The notes: generated by a model not told the origin, from the sequence alone. A DNA stretch of 60,227 bases from an uncultured Atribacterota bacterium (GCA_964462295.1 CAYWXH010000005.1:1-60227); one strand, 5' to 3'; positions 8,894 through 19,682 are shown, numbered from the stretch's first letter. Numbers and translations are program-made.

Positions 8894-9743
8894 TTTGTTT
8901 GGTGCTTTCCTCTTTTAGCGTATATTTTACAAAATTACCTTTAGGTAAAGATAGAGTTTTATTTTTTGAGTAAATATCAAATAGTTTACCGTCTTCGACA
9001 ATCAAAGTTATAGGAGAAGTAGATTTAAATAGATACTCTTTTCCCTTTGCCATAATCCCCTCAAAAAGTATAGCCTCTTTATTGTAAACCTTTATCCATC
9101 CTGTGTCCTTGGGAACTATCTTTATATTAAACTTCGCCATCACCTTAGGTAAGGGGGTAATAGTTGGTGTAACAGTAGGTATCTCTGTTCCTTGGGGAGT
9201 AGGTGAACCAGGGATAGGTGTATTATTTTTCGCGTTAGAACCCTTCTTTTCAGTATTTATGGTAGCTTTTATATATGGAGTATAGATGCCACTTTTTTTA
9301 AAGGAGAAATCTTCATTTTGTGTAAGAATTTTAAATCCAAAAAAACCAAGTATCCCAATAATAGCTACTATTGATGTAAGTATCACCACTTTTTTAAAAT
9401 TAACCGAAGGAGTCTTCTCTGGTTTTTTTGAAGACTTACTTTCTCCCTCATCTTCCAATGGAATAACCTCTTTTGTAAATACAGGTTGTGCCTTTTTCTC
9501 TGAAGAGAATGCCCTATTGATTTCATCTATAATCTCTTGTCTTTCTTCATCAGTAAGATCCAACAATGCACTATAAGCCTTTAAATAACCGATAGCATAG
9601 GTAATACCTGGTGTATCTGTATATTCCCCTTCCTCAAGTGCCCTTAGATGTCTTTTTCTTATCTTTAAGATCTTTTCTACATCATCGAGAGTAAGGTTTT
9701 TTTCTATTCTCTTTTTCTTTAGTAAGCCCTCTTGGTTAGCCAT
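8886..9743 (-). CDS. RodZ-like helix-turn-helix membrane protein
   Basis: N-terminal XRE-type HTH (LTLDDVEKILKIRKRHLRALEEGEY), a single TM helix (VVILTSIVAIIGILGFFGF), a Pro/Thr linker and a C-terminal beta-rich domain. This is the RodZ architecture. Confidence 0.6.
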   Translation of the reverse strand: MANQEGLLKKKRIEKNLTLDDVEKILKIRKRHLRALEEGEYTDTPGITYAIGYLKAYSALLDLTDEERQEIIDEINRAFSSEKKAQPVFTKEVIPLEDEGESKSSKKPEKTPSVNFKKVVILTSIVAIIGILGFFGFKILTQNEDFSFKKSGIYTPYIKATINTEKKGSNAKNNTPIPGSPTPQGTEIPTVTPTITPLPKVMAKFNIKIVPKDTGWIKVYNKEAILFEGIMAKGKEYLFKSTSPITLIVEDGKLFDIYSKNKTLSLPKGNFVKYTLKEESTKQNG

Positions 9744-9744
9744 C

Positions 9745-11901
9745 TTAGATACTCTCCTCTCTCTTTAAGATTTTTCGAGGCTTACTCCCTTCTTGGGGTC
9801 CAATATATCCCTTCTTCTCAAGTAAGCCTATGAGTCTTGCAGCCCTTGGATATCCAATTTTTAATTCTCTTTGAAGAAGAGAGGCTGAGGCCCTATTGTA
9901 AGTATATATAACTCTTAAGGCATCCTTTAGGAGTTCATCATCCTCCTCAAGCTCTACCTCTTCTCTTTCAAGCTCTTCCTCATCTAAATATATAGAACTC
10001 ATATCCTCTTCTTCCATCTTTTTCTTTCTTAAGAATTCTACTACTTTTTTCACATCATTATCGCTTACATATGCCCCTTGTGCACGAATAGGTTTAAATA
10101 CACCTACAGGAAAATAAAGCATATCTCCTTTTCCAAGTAATTTTTCTGCACCATTCATATCTATAATAGTTCTAGAATCTATCTGAGAAGAAACTGTAAA
10201 GGCAATTCTTGATGGAAAATTGGCCTTTATAAGTCCAGTTATTACATCTACAGATGGCCTCTGAGTAGCCACTATAAGATGTATACCTGTGGCACGAGCC
10301 ATTTGAGCCAATCTACACAAGGATTCTTCTACATCTTTTGGTGCTACCATCATAAGGTCTGCAAGTTCATCAATAATTACAACGATAAATGGCATCTTTG
10401 TATATCCTGCCAGATCTTTTACGATACTATTATATCCCTTTAGATTTCTTACACCAAGGTCTGCAAAGATTCTAAATCTTCTCTCCATCTCCTTTATTAT
10501 CCATTCAAGGGCCAATGCAGCCTTTTTTGGGTCTACAACTATCGGCCCTACGAGATGAGGAATACCTTCGTATACACTAAGTTCCACCCTTTTTGGATCA
10601 ATCATTAAGAATTTGACCTCTTTGGGTGTAAATTTATATAAGATACTAAAAATTATACTATTTATACATACACTCTTTCCAGAGGAAGTGGCACCTGCTA
10701 TTAAAAGATGAGGTAGTGCTACTAGATCCGATATTACAGGCTGTCCCCCCATGCCTTTACCCAAAGCAAGGGGAAGTGTTTTGGTTGTATTTTGAAATGC
10801 CTGAGATTCCAATAGTTCCCTTATGTATACAACCTCTCTCTCTTTGTTTGGGACCTCAATTCCTATTACCTTTTTCCCAGGTACAGGTGCCTCTATTCTT
10901 ATCTGAGGTGCTCCTAATGCCAAGGCTATATCATTTCCCAAATTTAGAATTTTACTAACCTTTACTCCTTGGGGTGGCTCTATCTCATATCTTGTTATAG
11001 TAGGGCCCTTTACTACATTTACTACTTTGGCCTCTATACCAAAACTCTCCAATTTTTTTTCTAATAATACCTTATTATATTCAACCTCTTCTTCAAATTT
11101 TTTATTTTTTTTCTGTTCTTTTTTTAGTAAAAAGGAGAGGGGTGGAAGTACTTCATCTTCATATGTATCCTTATATTGAGTATCTTCATTTTCCCTTAGC
11201 TTCTCTAAAAAATCATCTTTTTCTAAACTCAAGTCACTCTCTTTAAGGTCTATAGCTACTCTATCTACACTCTTTTCTTCCTCAAGTTTTTCTATATTTT
11301 TTTTCGATAATATCTCTTCTGCCTCTTCTTTTAAGTATTCTCCCTCATTATTATTACTCTCTTCATTTTTTAAAGGAAACAAAAATAGTTTAAAGCTTTT
11401 AGATAAAAACTCTGCAAAGGAAAAATCCATTACCAATATAAGGAAGATAAAAGATAGAAGGAAAAGTGCTATATAACTTCCTATCCTACCAAAATAGTAA
11501 TTTAAAATATATGAAAAGTAATAACTTATAAGCCCTCCACCTTCACCTTTTGCCGATATTTTGTAAGCAAATTCGGTATTTAAAAGGGGAATATGAAAAG
11601 ATGTGACTATAAAAAAGAGTAAAAATGTAAATAAAAGATATTTTACAACAACCTCTTTGGATACCTTTCCCAAAAGTAATTTTAAACCAAAGAAAAACAG
11701 TACTATAGTAAGGAAATATTTATTAACCCCTGTATATACTGTTAGGAAATGTCTTAAAGAGATGCCAACTCTACCAACAAGTTGAGAGGATGTATCTGTA
11801 AATACTAAAAGCATCAAAAAAATACTTATAAAGGTAATTATCAAACCTAATAATTCTTGAATTTTAGATTTTTTTGGCACTTTCTTTTTATTAGTAGGCA
11901 T
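9745..11901 (-). CDS. ftsK: DNA translocase FtsK/SpoIIIE
   Basis: N-terminal TM helices, acidic linker, motor domain with Walker A GATSSGKSV and Walker B VVIIDELADL, and a C-terminal gamma winged-helix (LLQRELKIGYPRAARLIGLLEKKG). Confidence 0.92.
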   Translation of the reverse strand: MPTNKKKVPKKSKIQELLGLIITFISIFLMLLVFTDTSSQLVGRVGISLRHFLTVYTGVNKYFLTIVLFFFGLKLLLGKVSKEVVVKYLLFTFLLFFIVTSFHIPLLNTEFAYKISAKGEGGGLISYYFSYILNYYFGRIGSYIALFLLSFIFLILVMDFSFAEFLSKSFKLFLFPLKNEESNNNEGEYLKEEAEEILSKKNIEKLEEEKSVDRVAIDLKESDLSLEKDDFLEKLRENEDTQYKDTYEDEVLPPLSFLLKKEQKKNKKFEEEVEYNKVLLEKKLESFGIEAKVVNVVKGPTITRYEIEPPQGVKVSKILNLGNDIALALGAPQIRIEAPVPGKKVIGIEVPNKEREVVYIRELLESQAFQNTTKTLPLALGKGMGGQPVISDLVALPHLLIAGATSSGKSVCINSIIFSILYKFTPKEVKFLMIDPKRVELSVYEGIPHLVGPIVVDPKKAALALEWIIKEMERRFRIFADLGVRNLKGYNSIVKDLAGYTKMPFIVVIIDELADLMMVAPKDVEESLCRLAQMARATGIHLIVATQRPSVDVITGLIKANFPSRIAFTVSSQIDSRTIIDMNGAEKLLGKGDMLYFPVGVFKPIRAQGAYVSDNDVKKVVEFLRKKKMEEEDMSSIYLDEEELEREEVELEEDDELLKDALRVIYTYNRASASLLQRELKIGYPRAARLIGLLEKKGYIGPQEGSKPRKILKREESI

Positions 11902-11904
11902 GGT

Positions 11905-12660
11905 TTAGATAAAAAAACAGATAAGACTTAGCAAAAAGGTGTAGAAGGCAAAATACCTAAGTTTATGTGAAGTAAGTATTTTTATAAAGAGGTGTATAGC
12001 AAGATATCCTACACCAAAAGAGATCAACATAGGTATAAGAAAGTTAGATTCAAAACCTACACCCTTACTAATATACTCGAGCAAAAATGCTCCCCCTATC
12101 GCTGGAATAGAAAGTAAAAAGGAAAACTTGGCTGCATCTTTTGCATTTATACCTCGGAGAATAGCAGAACCTACAGTGCTTCCAGATCTAGATATGCCAG
12201 GAAATGCAGCCATTCCTTGAACAGTACCTATTAAGATAGCATCTATGATTCCAATATCTTTTGTTTCTTTTAAAAGATGTCTATCACTATATTTGGATTG
12301 AAATCTATCTACGTAAAGTAAAAATAAGGAATTTATCAAATAAAATAGACCTATCATTTTTATACTAAAGGTATAGTCATTAGTAAGTTTATATATTATA
12401 AAACCTATGATTGCAGTTGGAATAGAACCTAAAATAATAAGTTCTATATATTTTAGGTTCTTCTTCCAGTGTATAAGTATATCCCATATATCTTTAAAAT
12501 AATAGAGTAAAACGGCTAACAGGGTTCCCAAATGTAGATATACCTCTATTGATAGTCCCTGTTCTTTCACATGTAAGAGATTTTTAAGAATTATTAGATG
12601 TCCTGAACTACTTACAGGGAGAAATTCTGTAAGCCCCTGTAAGATAGCCAGATATATCAA
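11905..12660 (-). CDS. uppP: Undecaprenyl-diphosphate phosphatase
   Basis: LTEFLPVSSSGHL and PGISRSGSTV motifs. Polytopic membrane protein of 251 aa. Confidence 0.9.
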   Translation of the reverse strand: MIYLAILQGLTEFLPVSSSGHLIILKNLLHVKEQGLSIEVYLHLGTLLAVLLYYFKDIWDILIHWKKNLKYIELIILGSIPTAIIGFIIYKLTNDYTFSIKMIGLFYLINSLFLLYVDRFQSKYSDRHLLKETKDIGIIDAILIGTVQGMAAFPGISRSGSTVGSAILRGINAKDAAKFSFLLSIPAIGGAFLLEYISKGVGFESNFLIPMLISFGVGYLAIHLFIKILTSHKLRYFAFYTFLLSLICFFI

Positions 12661-12661
12661 T

Positions 12662-14776
12662 TTAATTATCTACCTTTCCTCCTTGATTCTTTTTCTCTTC
12701 TTCCTGAATAACTGCCTTTCTTGAGAGATTTACCCTTCCTGTATCATCTATGTCTATCACTTTTACAAGAATTTTATCCCCTACATTTACTACATCCTTT
12801 ACATTTTTAACCCTCCGGGTAGAGAGATTAGAGATATGTACCAAACCTTCCTTGCCAGGGAAAATTTCAACAAATGCTCCAAAATTAGTGATTCGTGTTA
12901 CTCTTCCCAGATAGTTCTCTCCTATTTTTGCCTCTTTTGTAAGTACCTCTATCATCTCTCTTGCCTTATCAAAGGCCCCTTTATCTGTAGAAAATACATA
13001 TACCTTTCCATCAGGTTCTATATTTATTTTTACCCCTGTTTCTTCTATTATTCTCTTAATGTTTTTGCCTCCTGGTCCTATAAGATCTCCAATTTTGTTA
13101 GGGCTTATATTCAATATTTCTATCCGAGGGGCATAAGGAGAGAGATTCTCCCTAGGCTTTTCAATAGCCTCTGCCATTTTATCTAAGATAAAAAACCGTG
13201 CCTTTTTTGCTTGATCTAATGCCTTTTTCATTATCTCAGAAGAGATTCCACTAATTTTTATATCCATTTGAAGTGCAGTGATCCCATCTCTTGTACCTGC
13301 TACCTTAAAATCCATATCTCCATAATGGTCTTCTAATCCTAATATATCTGTAAGGATAAAAAATTCGTCACCTTCTTTTATAAGGCCCATGGCAATACCT
13401 GATACAGGTTTAGATATTCCCACCCCTGCATCCATAAGAGATAAAGTAGCCCCACATACCGTAGCCATAGAAGAAGAGCCATTTGATTCTAAGATCTCTG
13501 ATACTACTCTTATGGTATATGGAAATTCTTCTTCATCTGGAAGTACGGCTTTTATCGCGCGCTCTGCCAATGCACCGTGTCCAATTTCTCTTCTCCCAGG
13601 TCCCCTTCGAGGTCTAACTTCACCTACAGAAAATGGAGGGAAATTGTAATGGAGCATGAATTTTTTGTTCTCTTCTTCTGTAATATCATCTACTATCTGC
13701 TCATCCTCAGTTGCGCCAAGGGTGGTAATTACAAGGGCCTGTGTCTGTCCCCGTGTAAATAAAGCAGAGCCATGAGTTCGTGGTAAGACACCTACCTCAC
13801 AACTTATGGGTCTTATTTCATCAAGACCTCTTCCATCTACTCTCTTTTTCTGGGTTGTTATGAGTTTTCTTACCTCATCTTTTACTATCTCTTCAAAGGC
13901 ATCATTTAGATATTTTATGAATTCTTCATCTTCTTGGAACTTTTCCTTTAGAGATTTTTTGATAAGGGAAAGCCTTCTTTCTCTTTCCTTTTTTTCCTTT
14001 GTAATAATAGCATCTTTTATATTGTCAATCTCTAATTCTATTATTTTATCTTTAACCCCTGCAATATCAAGGGGTTCAAATGCCATCTTTTCCTTTCCTA
14101 CTCTCTTTTGTAACCTTTCCTGTAACTCTACTATATTTATAATTTCCTTTTGCGCAACCTCTAATGCTCCGACTACTACATCTTCTGGGACCTCTTTTGC
14201 CCCTGCCTCTACCATAGTTATAGCATCTTTAGTACCTGCAACTACTATATCCAAAAGAGAATCTTCAAGCTCTGAAGATGTAGGGTTTACAAGATATGTT
14301 CCATCTTTGTATCCTATTCTTACACCTGCGATGGGTCCCTCAAAGGGTATGTTGGATATAGTAAGTGCAGCAGAGGCACCTGTAATACCCAAAATATCAG
14401 GGGGATTTTCCTGATCTACAGAAAGTACTGTAGCTATGATTTGCACCTCATTCCTATAACCATCAGGAAATAGAGGTCGAATCGGTCTATCTATGAGACG
14501 AGCACTCAAAATAGCCCTCTCTCCTGGCTTTCCTTCCCTTTTTATAAACCCCCCAGGAATTTTTCCTGCTGCATAAAATTTCTCTTCAAACTCTACGGTT
14601 AATGGAAAGAAATCAATATCTTCTTTGGGCTCTTCTGCACCTACAGCTGTAACAAGTACAACTGTATCTCCATATCTTACAACTACAGCACCATTTGCCT
14701 GTTTTGCTAATTTTCCTGTTTCAATAATAAATTCCTTTCCATTTATTATTGTCTTTTCTTGTATAACTTCACTCAT
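12662..14776 (-). CDS. pnp: Polyribonucleotide nucleotidyltransferase (PNPase)
   Basis: Two RNase PH domains plus KH ([11 protein letters not shown]) and S1 ([15 protein letters not shown]) domains. 704 aa. Lies downstream of rpsO. Confidence 0.97.
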   Translation of the reverse strand: MSEVIQEKTIINGKEFIIETGKLAKQANGAVVVRYGDTVVLVTAVGAEEPKEDIDFFPLTVEFEEKFYAAGKIPGGFIKREGKPGERAILSARLIDRPIRPLFPDGYRNEVQIIATVLSVDQENPPDILGITGASAALTISNIPFEGPIAGVRIGYKDGTYLVNPTSSELEDSLLDIVVAGTKDAITMVEAGAKEVPEDVVVGALEVAQKEIINIVELQERLQKRVGKEKMAFEPLDIAGVKDKIIELEIDNIKDAIITKEKKERERRLSLIKKSLKEKFQEDEEFIKYLNDAFEEIVKDEVRKLITTQKKRVDGRGLDEIRPISCEVGVLPRTHGSALFTRGQTQALVITTLGATEDEQIVDDITEEENKKFMLHYNFPPFSVGEVRPRRGPGRREIGHGALAERAIKAVLPDEEEFPYTIRVVSEILESNGSSSMATVCGATLSLMDAGVGISKPVSGIAMGLIKEGDEFFILTDILGLEDHYGDMDFKVAGTRDGITALQMDIKISGISSEIMKKALDQAKKARFFILDKMAEAIEKPRENLSPYAPRIEILNISPNKIGDLIGPGGKNIKRIIEETGVKINIEPDGKVYVFSTDKGAFDKAREMIEVLTKEAKIGENYLGRVTRITNFGAFVEIFPGKEGLVHISNLSTRRVKNVKDVVNVGDKILVKVIDIDDTGRVNLSRKAVIQEEEKKNQGGKVDN

Positions 14777-14788
14777 AATTGTCCTATA

Positions 14789-15058
14789 TTACCTCCTTAA
14801 TTTAAGACGAGATATAATGTTTTTATATCTCTCAACATCTCTCCCTTTCAAGTAATTCAATAATGCCCTTCTCTGCCCTACCATTTTCAAAAGACCCGTT
14901 CTTGAGTGATAGTCTTTCTTGTGAGTCTTTAGATGTTCAGTTAAATTGTTAATTCTAGCAGTAAGAATGGCAATTTGAACTTCAGGAGAACCTGTATCAT
15001 TTTCATGGATCCTGTACTCCTGTATTATTCTCTCTTTTTCTTCTTTTAAAAGGGTCAT
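14789..15058 (-). CDS. rpsO: 30S ribosomal protein S15
   Basis: 89 aa. [44 protein letters not shown]. Confidence 0.96.
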   Translation of the reverse strand: MTLLKEEKERIIQEYRIHENDTGSPEVQIAILTARINNLTEHLKTHKKDYHSRTGLLKMVGQRRALLNYLKGRDVERYKNIISRLKLRR

Positions 15059-15088
15059 CTCTTCTATTTCACCTCCTTGTTAAAATAA

Positions 15089-15928
15089 CTAATATAGTTT
15101 AGCATAAAACTTACTATCTGTAAACTCCAAACTTTCGTTTTTTACTGCCTTTTCTACTTTTTCTAAAAACGAAATTTTTACGGTTTTACCCTCCAAATTA
15201 TAATCCCTATATAAATAGATAGAGTTATTTTTAATATATATATAAATCTCTCCCTTATTTTCCATAAGGGCCTTATATATCCCATCTGGAGGTTTTACCT
15301 TATTTATATGTGTAATTAAAGATGTAGCCTCTCTTTTAGTATAAACTATACCTTTTACAAAAAAATTATATCCTAAAAATCTATTTGCCTTATCTATTTT
15401 TCCATCTAAAATAAGTTCTTTAATATATGTACTACTTATCTTTTTATCTTGAAATGAAAGGATATCTAAGGCCTCTACGGAAATTTTATATCTATCAAGG
15501 TTTTCCTTCATAAATGCTACATTACCCGTTCGACCTTTACCAAATCGAAAATCCTTTCCTACATATAAACTTCTTATACCCAACCCTTTTATTATACCTA
15601 AAAAGTCAAGTGGGGATAGTTTTGAAAATTCCTCTGTAAATTCAAAGATTATTACCCTATCTATTCCAAACTGCTCAAATAATTCTAATTTTTCTAGGAT
15701 AGTAGTTAAGATATATGGATTTTTCCCTAATAAAAATCTTGTAGGAGGATAAAAAGTGATAATAGCACTTTCCATCCCGAAAACACGGGATGAATGAACA
15801 ACCTTTTTTATAAGGTGTTGGTGTGCAAGATGTACACCATCAAAAACCCCTATTCCACCTATAATGTTATAACTTGTACTCTTCTTAATTTCTTTGAGTA
15901 ATTTATATGTGATAAAATCTATCTTCAT
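15089..15928 (-). CDS. ribF: FAD synthetase / riboflavin kinase family protein (C-terminal kinase domain divergent)
   Basis: The N-terminal nucleotidyltransferase motif GVFDGVHLAHQHLI is present. The C-terminal ~95 aa align in layout with the riboflavin-kinase barrel, but I could not recognise the G-x-P-T-A-N motif. Confidence 0.7.
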   Translation of the reverse strand: MKIDFITYKLLKEIKKSTSYNIIGGIGVFDGVHLAHQHLIKKVVHSSRVFGMESAIITFYPPTRFLLGKNPYILTTILEKLELFEQFGIDRVIIFEFTEEFSKLSPLDFLGIIKGLGIRSLYVGKDFRFGKGRTGNVAFMKENLDRYKISVEALDILSFQDKKISSTYIKELILDGKIDKANRFLGYNFFVKGIVYTKREATSLITHINKVKPPDGIYKALMENKGEIYIYIKNNSIYLYRDYNLEGKTVKISFLEKVEKAVKNESLEFTDSKFYAKLY

Positions 15929-16845
15929 TCTATGTTGAAAACCCGTTTTGGATAAAAAAGGTATCTATCTTTTCTTTTCTCTATCTTTCCAAATGCTATA
16001 GGTGTCTCATTATACAATAAAATTATAGGCTCTAAAATATTAGTATCTCTTAACCTATCTTCAGAAACCAAGATATATTGCCCTTTTTTTACCTTCTCTT
16101 TTTCTTTATCATTAATGGATAAAACATTAGGGGAAGGAAAAGCATCTTTAATAGGAATAAGAAATTCTCCTATCTTTCCTTCTTTTATATATTTAGAAAT
16201 TTCATCAAGTGTATGAGCATTCTTTATTGAAAAATCCCCAACCTCTTTTCTTACAAGAGAAAAAAGAGAAGCTGGACAGTCTATTTTTCTACCCAGATCA
16301 TATGCAAAACTCCTTATATATGTACCACTTCCACACTCTATTTGGAAGGAGGCCGTTGGATATTTATCTTCTCTATAGTCCAAAAAATCAATCTTATAAA
16401 TCCTTACTTTTCTTGGTTTTCTCTCTATATTTTTTCCTTCTCTTGCAAGCTTATACAACCTCTTTCCTTTATAAGATATTGCAGAATACATAGGGGGTAT
16501 TTGGTTAATCTCCCCTATAAAATCAGAAAGGGTATTTAAGATTTTATCTTTTAAATTTCTACACTCTTTTTCTCTTACTATCTTTCCTTCCATATCCCAT
16601 GTATCTGTCTCAATGCCAAATACAACTTCTGCCTCATAAACCTTTTTTGTATTTGTAAGGATTTGTGCGATCTTTGTAGCCTCTCCTATACATACAACCA
16701 ATACACCCTCTGCTTCGGGATCTAAGGTGCCTGTATGTCCTATTTTCCGTATGTTCAATATTTTTCTGAGTTTAGATACTACTTGAAAAGAGGTAAGACC
16801 TCGAGGTTTATATATATTAATTACTCCATTTATTTTATTCTTCAT
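15925..16845 (-). CDS. truB: tRNA pseudouridine(55) synthase
   Basis: GVINIYKPRGLTSFQV and GHTGTLDPEAEGVLVVCIG (catalytic Asp), with a PUA-like C-terminus. 306 aa. Confidence 0.92.
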   Translation of the reverse strand: MKNKINGVINIYKPRGLTSFQVVSKLRKILNIRKIGHTGTLDPEAEGVLVVCIGEATKIAQILTNTKKVYEAEVVFGIETDTWDMEGKIVREKECRNLKDKILNTLSDFIGEINQIPPMYSAISYKGKRLYKLAREGKNIERKPRKVRIYKIDFLDYREDKYPTASFQIECGSGTYIRSFAYDLGRKIDCPASLFSLVRKEVGDFSIKNAHTLDEISKYIKEGKIGEFLIPIKDAFPSPNVLSINDKEKEKVKKGQYILVSEDRLRDTNILEPIILLYNETPIAFGKIEKRKDRYLFYPKRVFNIE

Positions 16846-17188
16846 TCCCTTTTAATTTCTTCATTTTTTCTATGATTTCAAATCCTCTCTCTAATGCATC
16901 ATCAATATAAAAAGTAAGCCTTGGGGTATATCTCATTCTAAGATGTTTTCCTAATTCCTCTTGTACTATATAGGTTGCCCCCTTTAATCCTTCCAATGCC
17001 TCCTCTTTTTGTTCTTTTGTCCCATAAAGAGAAAAAAAGACCTTTCCCTGTCTTAAATCTTTTGTTACTAATACTTCTGTGATGACTATTCCATCTACCC
17101 TAGGGTCTTTTACATCTTCTCTTATAATCTTACTTATCTCTATTTTTAAAAGTTTTGATACCCTATCAACTCTACTATATCTTTTCAT
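16835..17188 (-). CDS. rbfA: Ribosome-binding factor A
   Basis: 117 aa. RVSKLLKIEISKIIRE...DPRV...ITEVLVTKDLRQGKVFF. Located in the nusA-infB operon context. Confidence 0.9.
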   Translation of the reverse strand: MKRYSRVDRVSKLLKIEISKIIREDVKDPRVDGIVITEVLVTKDLRQGKVFFSLYGTKEQKEEALEGLKGATYIVQEELGKHLRMRYTPRLTFYIDDALERGFEIIEKMKKLKGNEE

Positions 17189-17200
17189 AATCCCCTCGTT

Positions 17201-17482
17201 TTAAAGTAACTCTATAGAATAATCTAATAAAATAAGCCCTCTATCTTTTTCTATATAATTAACAACCTCATTTAATATTTTATTTGTATAGTGTGCATCA
17301 TTTGAGATAGAAGAAATTCCAAGTACAGCCCTTTGCCAACTATCATTTTCCTCTATTTCTGATATAGCTACATTAAACTTATTTCTAGTTCTTGCAATAA
17401 TACTTTTTATTATTCTCCTTTTGTCTTTCAAAGAAAAACTATCTGGGATAGAAAGCTCTACCCTGCAAACACCGATTATCAT
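17201..17482 (-). CDS. DUF503 (YlxP-like) protein
   Basis: 93 aa. ELSIPDSFSLKDKRRIIKSIIARTRNKFNVAISEI is the DUF503 pattern. It occupies the conserved position between infB and rbfA. Confidence 0.7.
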   Translation of the reverse strand: MIIGVCRVELSIPDSFSLKDKRRIIKSIIARTRNKFNVAISEIEENDSWQRAVLGISSISNDAHYTNKILNEVVNYIEKDRGLILLDYSIELL

Positions 17483-19405
17483 CTATTTTTCAACTTCCTC
17501 TACATATACCTCTATAATGTCATGCTCTCTATATTCTTTAACGCCATCCAAAGAGACTCCACATTCATACCCTGCTACTACCTCTGAAACATCGTCTTTA
17601 AATCTTTTCAATCCAGAAATAACGGTCTCTTTGATAACTACTTGATCTCTTATAAGTCTTGCCTTAGCCCCTCTTTTTACCTTTCCTTCTAATACAAAAC
17701 AACCTGCAACCTGTCCCACTTTGGGGATTTTAAATATCTGCCTTACCTCAGCCTTTCCTATAATGACCTCTCTTATTACAGGTTCAAGTAGGCCCTTTAA
17801 GACCCTCTCTATATCTTCTATAAGCTCATAGATAACTCTATATAGTTTTATCTCTACTTTCTCTCTCCGGGCTGCTTTTTCTGCCTTGCTATCAGGTCTT
17901 ACATTAAAACCTACTATAATTCCTCCAGATGCTGAGGCAAGCATTACATCTGCTTCGCTTATTCCTCCTATTCCCTTATGGAGAATCTCTATCTCTACAC
18001 CTTCTATATCTAACTTCTTTAAGGACTTTTCAATAGCCTCTAACGAACCTTGCACATCTGCCTTTATTATCAGAGAAAGCTTTTTGGCTTCTCCTTCTTT
18101 GATTTTTTGTAACAACTCATCCAAAGAGACTGCCCTTTCTTCTCCTCTTTTTTCTTCTTTCTTTAGTTCTTTGAAGTATTCACTTAGCTCTTTTGCCAAT
18201 TTATTATCCTTTATTACATATAAATAGTTTCCTGCCTCTGGCAAGGAGGAAAATCCATAAACTTCTACAATACTTGAAGGACCTGCTTCCTTTATAGGTT
18301 TATTGTTTCCTCCAATCATTGTTCTTATCTTTCCAAATACCTCACCTGAGATAAAGAAATCTCCTGTTTTAATTTTTCCTTCCTTTATCAAAACTTTGGC
18401 ACCTGCCCCTTTAGTTTTGTCTAATCTAGATTCTATAATTATACCTATCCCAGGTTTTTTGTTGTCAGCTCTTAAATCAAGGATTTCAGCATTTAAGGCT
18501 ATCATCTCTAATAAATCATCAATACCTATCTTCTTTAGCGCTGAAATTTCAACAAAAGTATGTTCTCCACCCCATTCCTCAGGAACTATCCCATGTTTGG
18601 AGAGCTCTTCTTTTATCCTATTTATTTGCACCCCAGGCTTGTCTATCTTATTTATTGCAACTATTATAGGTACATTGGCAGCCTTTGCATGGTTAATAGC
18701 CTCTATGGTTTGTGGTTTTACCCCATCATCTGCAGCTACTACCAATACAGCTATATCTGTAGCCTTTACTCCCCTTGCCCTCATAGTAGTAAATGCCTCG
18801 TGTCCCGGTGTATCTATAAATACTATTTTTCTATCTTTATCAATACTTACCTCATATGCCCCTATATGTTGAGTTATACCACCAGCTTCACCTTTGGCTA
18901 TCTTTGAATTTCTAATCGCATCTAAAAGTGTAGTTTTCCCATGGTCTACATGTCCAATCACTGTGACTACAGGAGGTCTTAAAGGTAATTCTTTTTTCTC
19001 ATTAGAACTCTTTTTTATATCTTCAGGTAGAACGGGCCTCTTTTTAAATTCCTTTAATATATCGACTAGTGTCTCATATGAAATTTCACCATTTAAGCTA
19101 TCTATATCTCCTCTTTTTATTAAAAGAATAGCAAGATCTATGGGTTTCATCTTTAGTTTAAAAGAGAGCTCGCGCAATGTAGGGAGTTTATCAAATTCTA
19201 TAGGTTCTAATGCCTCTTCTTCAGCCTTTTCTTCCTTTTCTGCCTCTACCATCTCTCGGATTACTTCTGCAGTCTCTTCGTCTATTGTACTCATATGATT
19301 TCTTATATTAACGCCCTCTCTTTTCAGATAATCCACTAAATCTTTGGTATGAAGTTTTAGCTCTTCTGCCAATTTATATACTCTTATTTTCCCCATGGAC
19401 TTCAC
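17483..19405 (-). CDS. infB: Translation initiation factor IF-2
   Basis: G domain VTVIGHVDHGKTTLLD, DTPGHEAF and NKIDK motifs. 640 aa. The true start may be the MGKIRVY Met at 19396. The 5' end overlaps the ylxR 3' end. Confidence 0.96.
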   Translation of the reverse strand: MKSMGKIRVYKLAEELKLHTKDLVDYLKREGVNIRNHMSTIDEETAEVIREMVEAEKEEKAEEEALEPIEFDKLPTLRELSFKLKMKPIDLAILLIKRGDIDSLNGEISYETLVDILKEFKKRPVLPEDIKKSSNEKKELPLRPPVVTVIGHVDHGKTTLLDAIRNSKIAKGEAGGITQHIGAYEVSIDKDRKIVFIDTPGHEAFTTMRARGVKATDIAVLVVAADDGVKPQTIEAINHAKAANVPIIVAINKIDKPGVQINRIKEELSKHGIVPEEWGGEHTFVEISALKKIGIDDLLEMIALNAEILDLRADNKKPGIGIIIESRLDKTKGAGAKVLIKEGKIKTGDFFISGEVFGKIRTMIGGNNKPIKEAGPSSIVEVYGFSSLPEAGNYLYVIKDNKLAKELSEYFKELKKEEKRGEERAVSLDELLQKIKEGEAKKLSLIIKADVQGSLEAIEKSLKKLDIEGVEIEILHKGIGGISEADVMLASASGGIIVGFNVRPDSKAEKAARREKVEIKLYRVIYELIEDIERVLKGLLEPVIREVIIGKAEVRQIFKIPKVGQVAGCFVLEGKVKRGAKARLIRDQVVIKETVISGLKRFKDDVSEVVAGYECGVSLDGVKEYREHDIIEVYVEEVEK

Positions 19406-19682
19406 CTCCTGTAGTCAATAGTCTCTCCAATTCTTCATAGATACAAGAAGGGATCTCTATTCTTAAAGCATGCTCTAATTGTTCTTCCCTCCTTGCTTTA
19501 TCTATACAATCTTTCTTTAGGCAAAGGTAAGCACCTCGACCCGATTTTTTACCATCATAATCAATCACTACCTTACCTTTTGGGGTCCTAACTATCCTAA
19601 TAAGTTCTTTTTTGGGTCTTTTCGCCCCACACACTATACATACCCGAAGTGGTATCCTTTTACTCTTCACCCTTGCCTTCAC
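19374..19682 (-). CDS. ylxR: YlxR/RnpM-family RNA-binding protein (DUF448)
   Basis: RVCIVCGAKRPKKELIRIV ... GRGAYLC motif. 102 aa. Lies between nusA and infB. Confidence 0.8.
   Translation of the reverse strand: MKARVKSKRIPLRVCIVCGAKRPKKELIRIVRTPKGKVVIDYDGKKSGRGAYLCLKKDCIDKARREEQLEHALRIEIPSCIYEELERLLTTGGEVHGENKSI

Noticed and set aside
13806-14414. Long plus-strand ORFs antisense to pnp, infB, rpsA, clpX and others (for example 13806-14414, 18303-18872, 18894-19298, 32042-32497, 32909-33367, 51379-51852)
   Set aside because: They lie entirely inside well-supported minus-strand genes. Their Ser/Phe/Leu/Ile-rich low-complexity translations are what the antisense of K/E-rich genes in an AT-rich genome would give. 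They also lack ribosome-binding sites and recognisable motifs. They are shadow ORFs.
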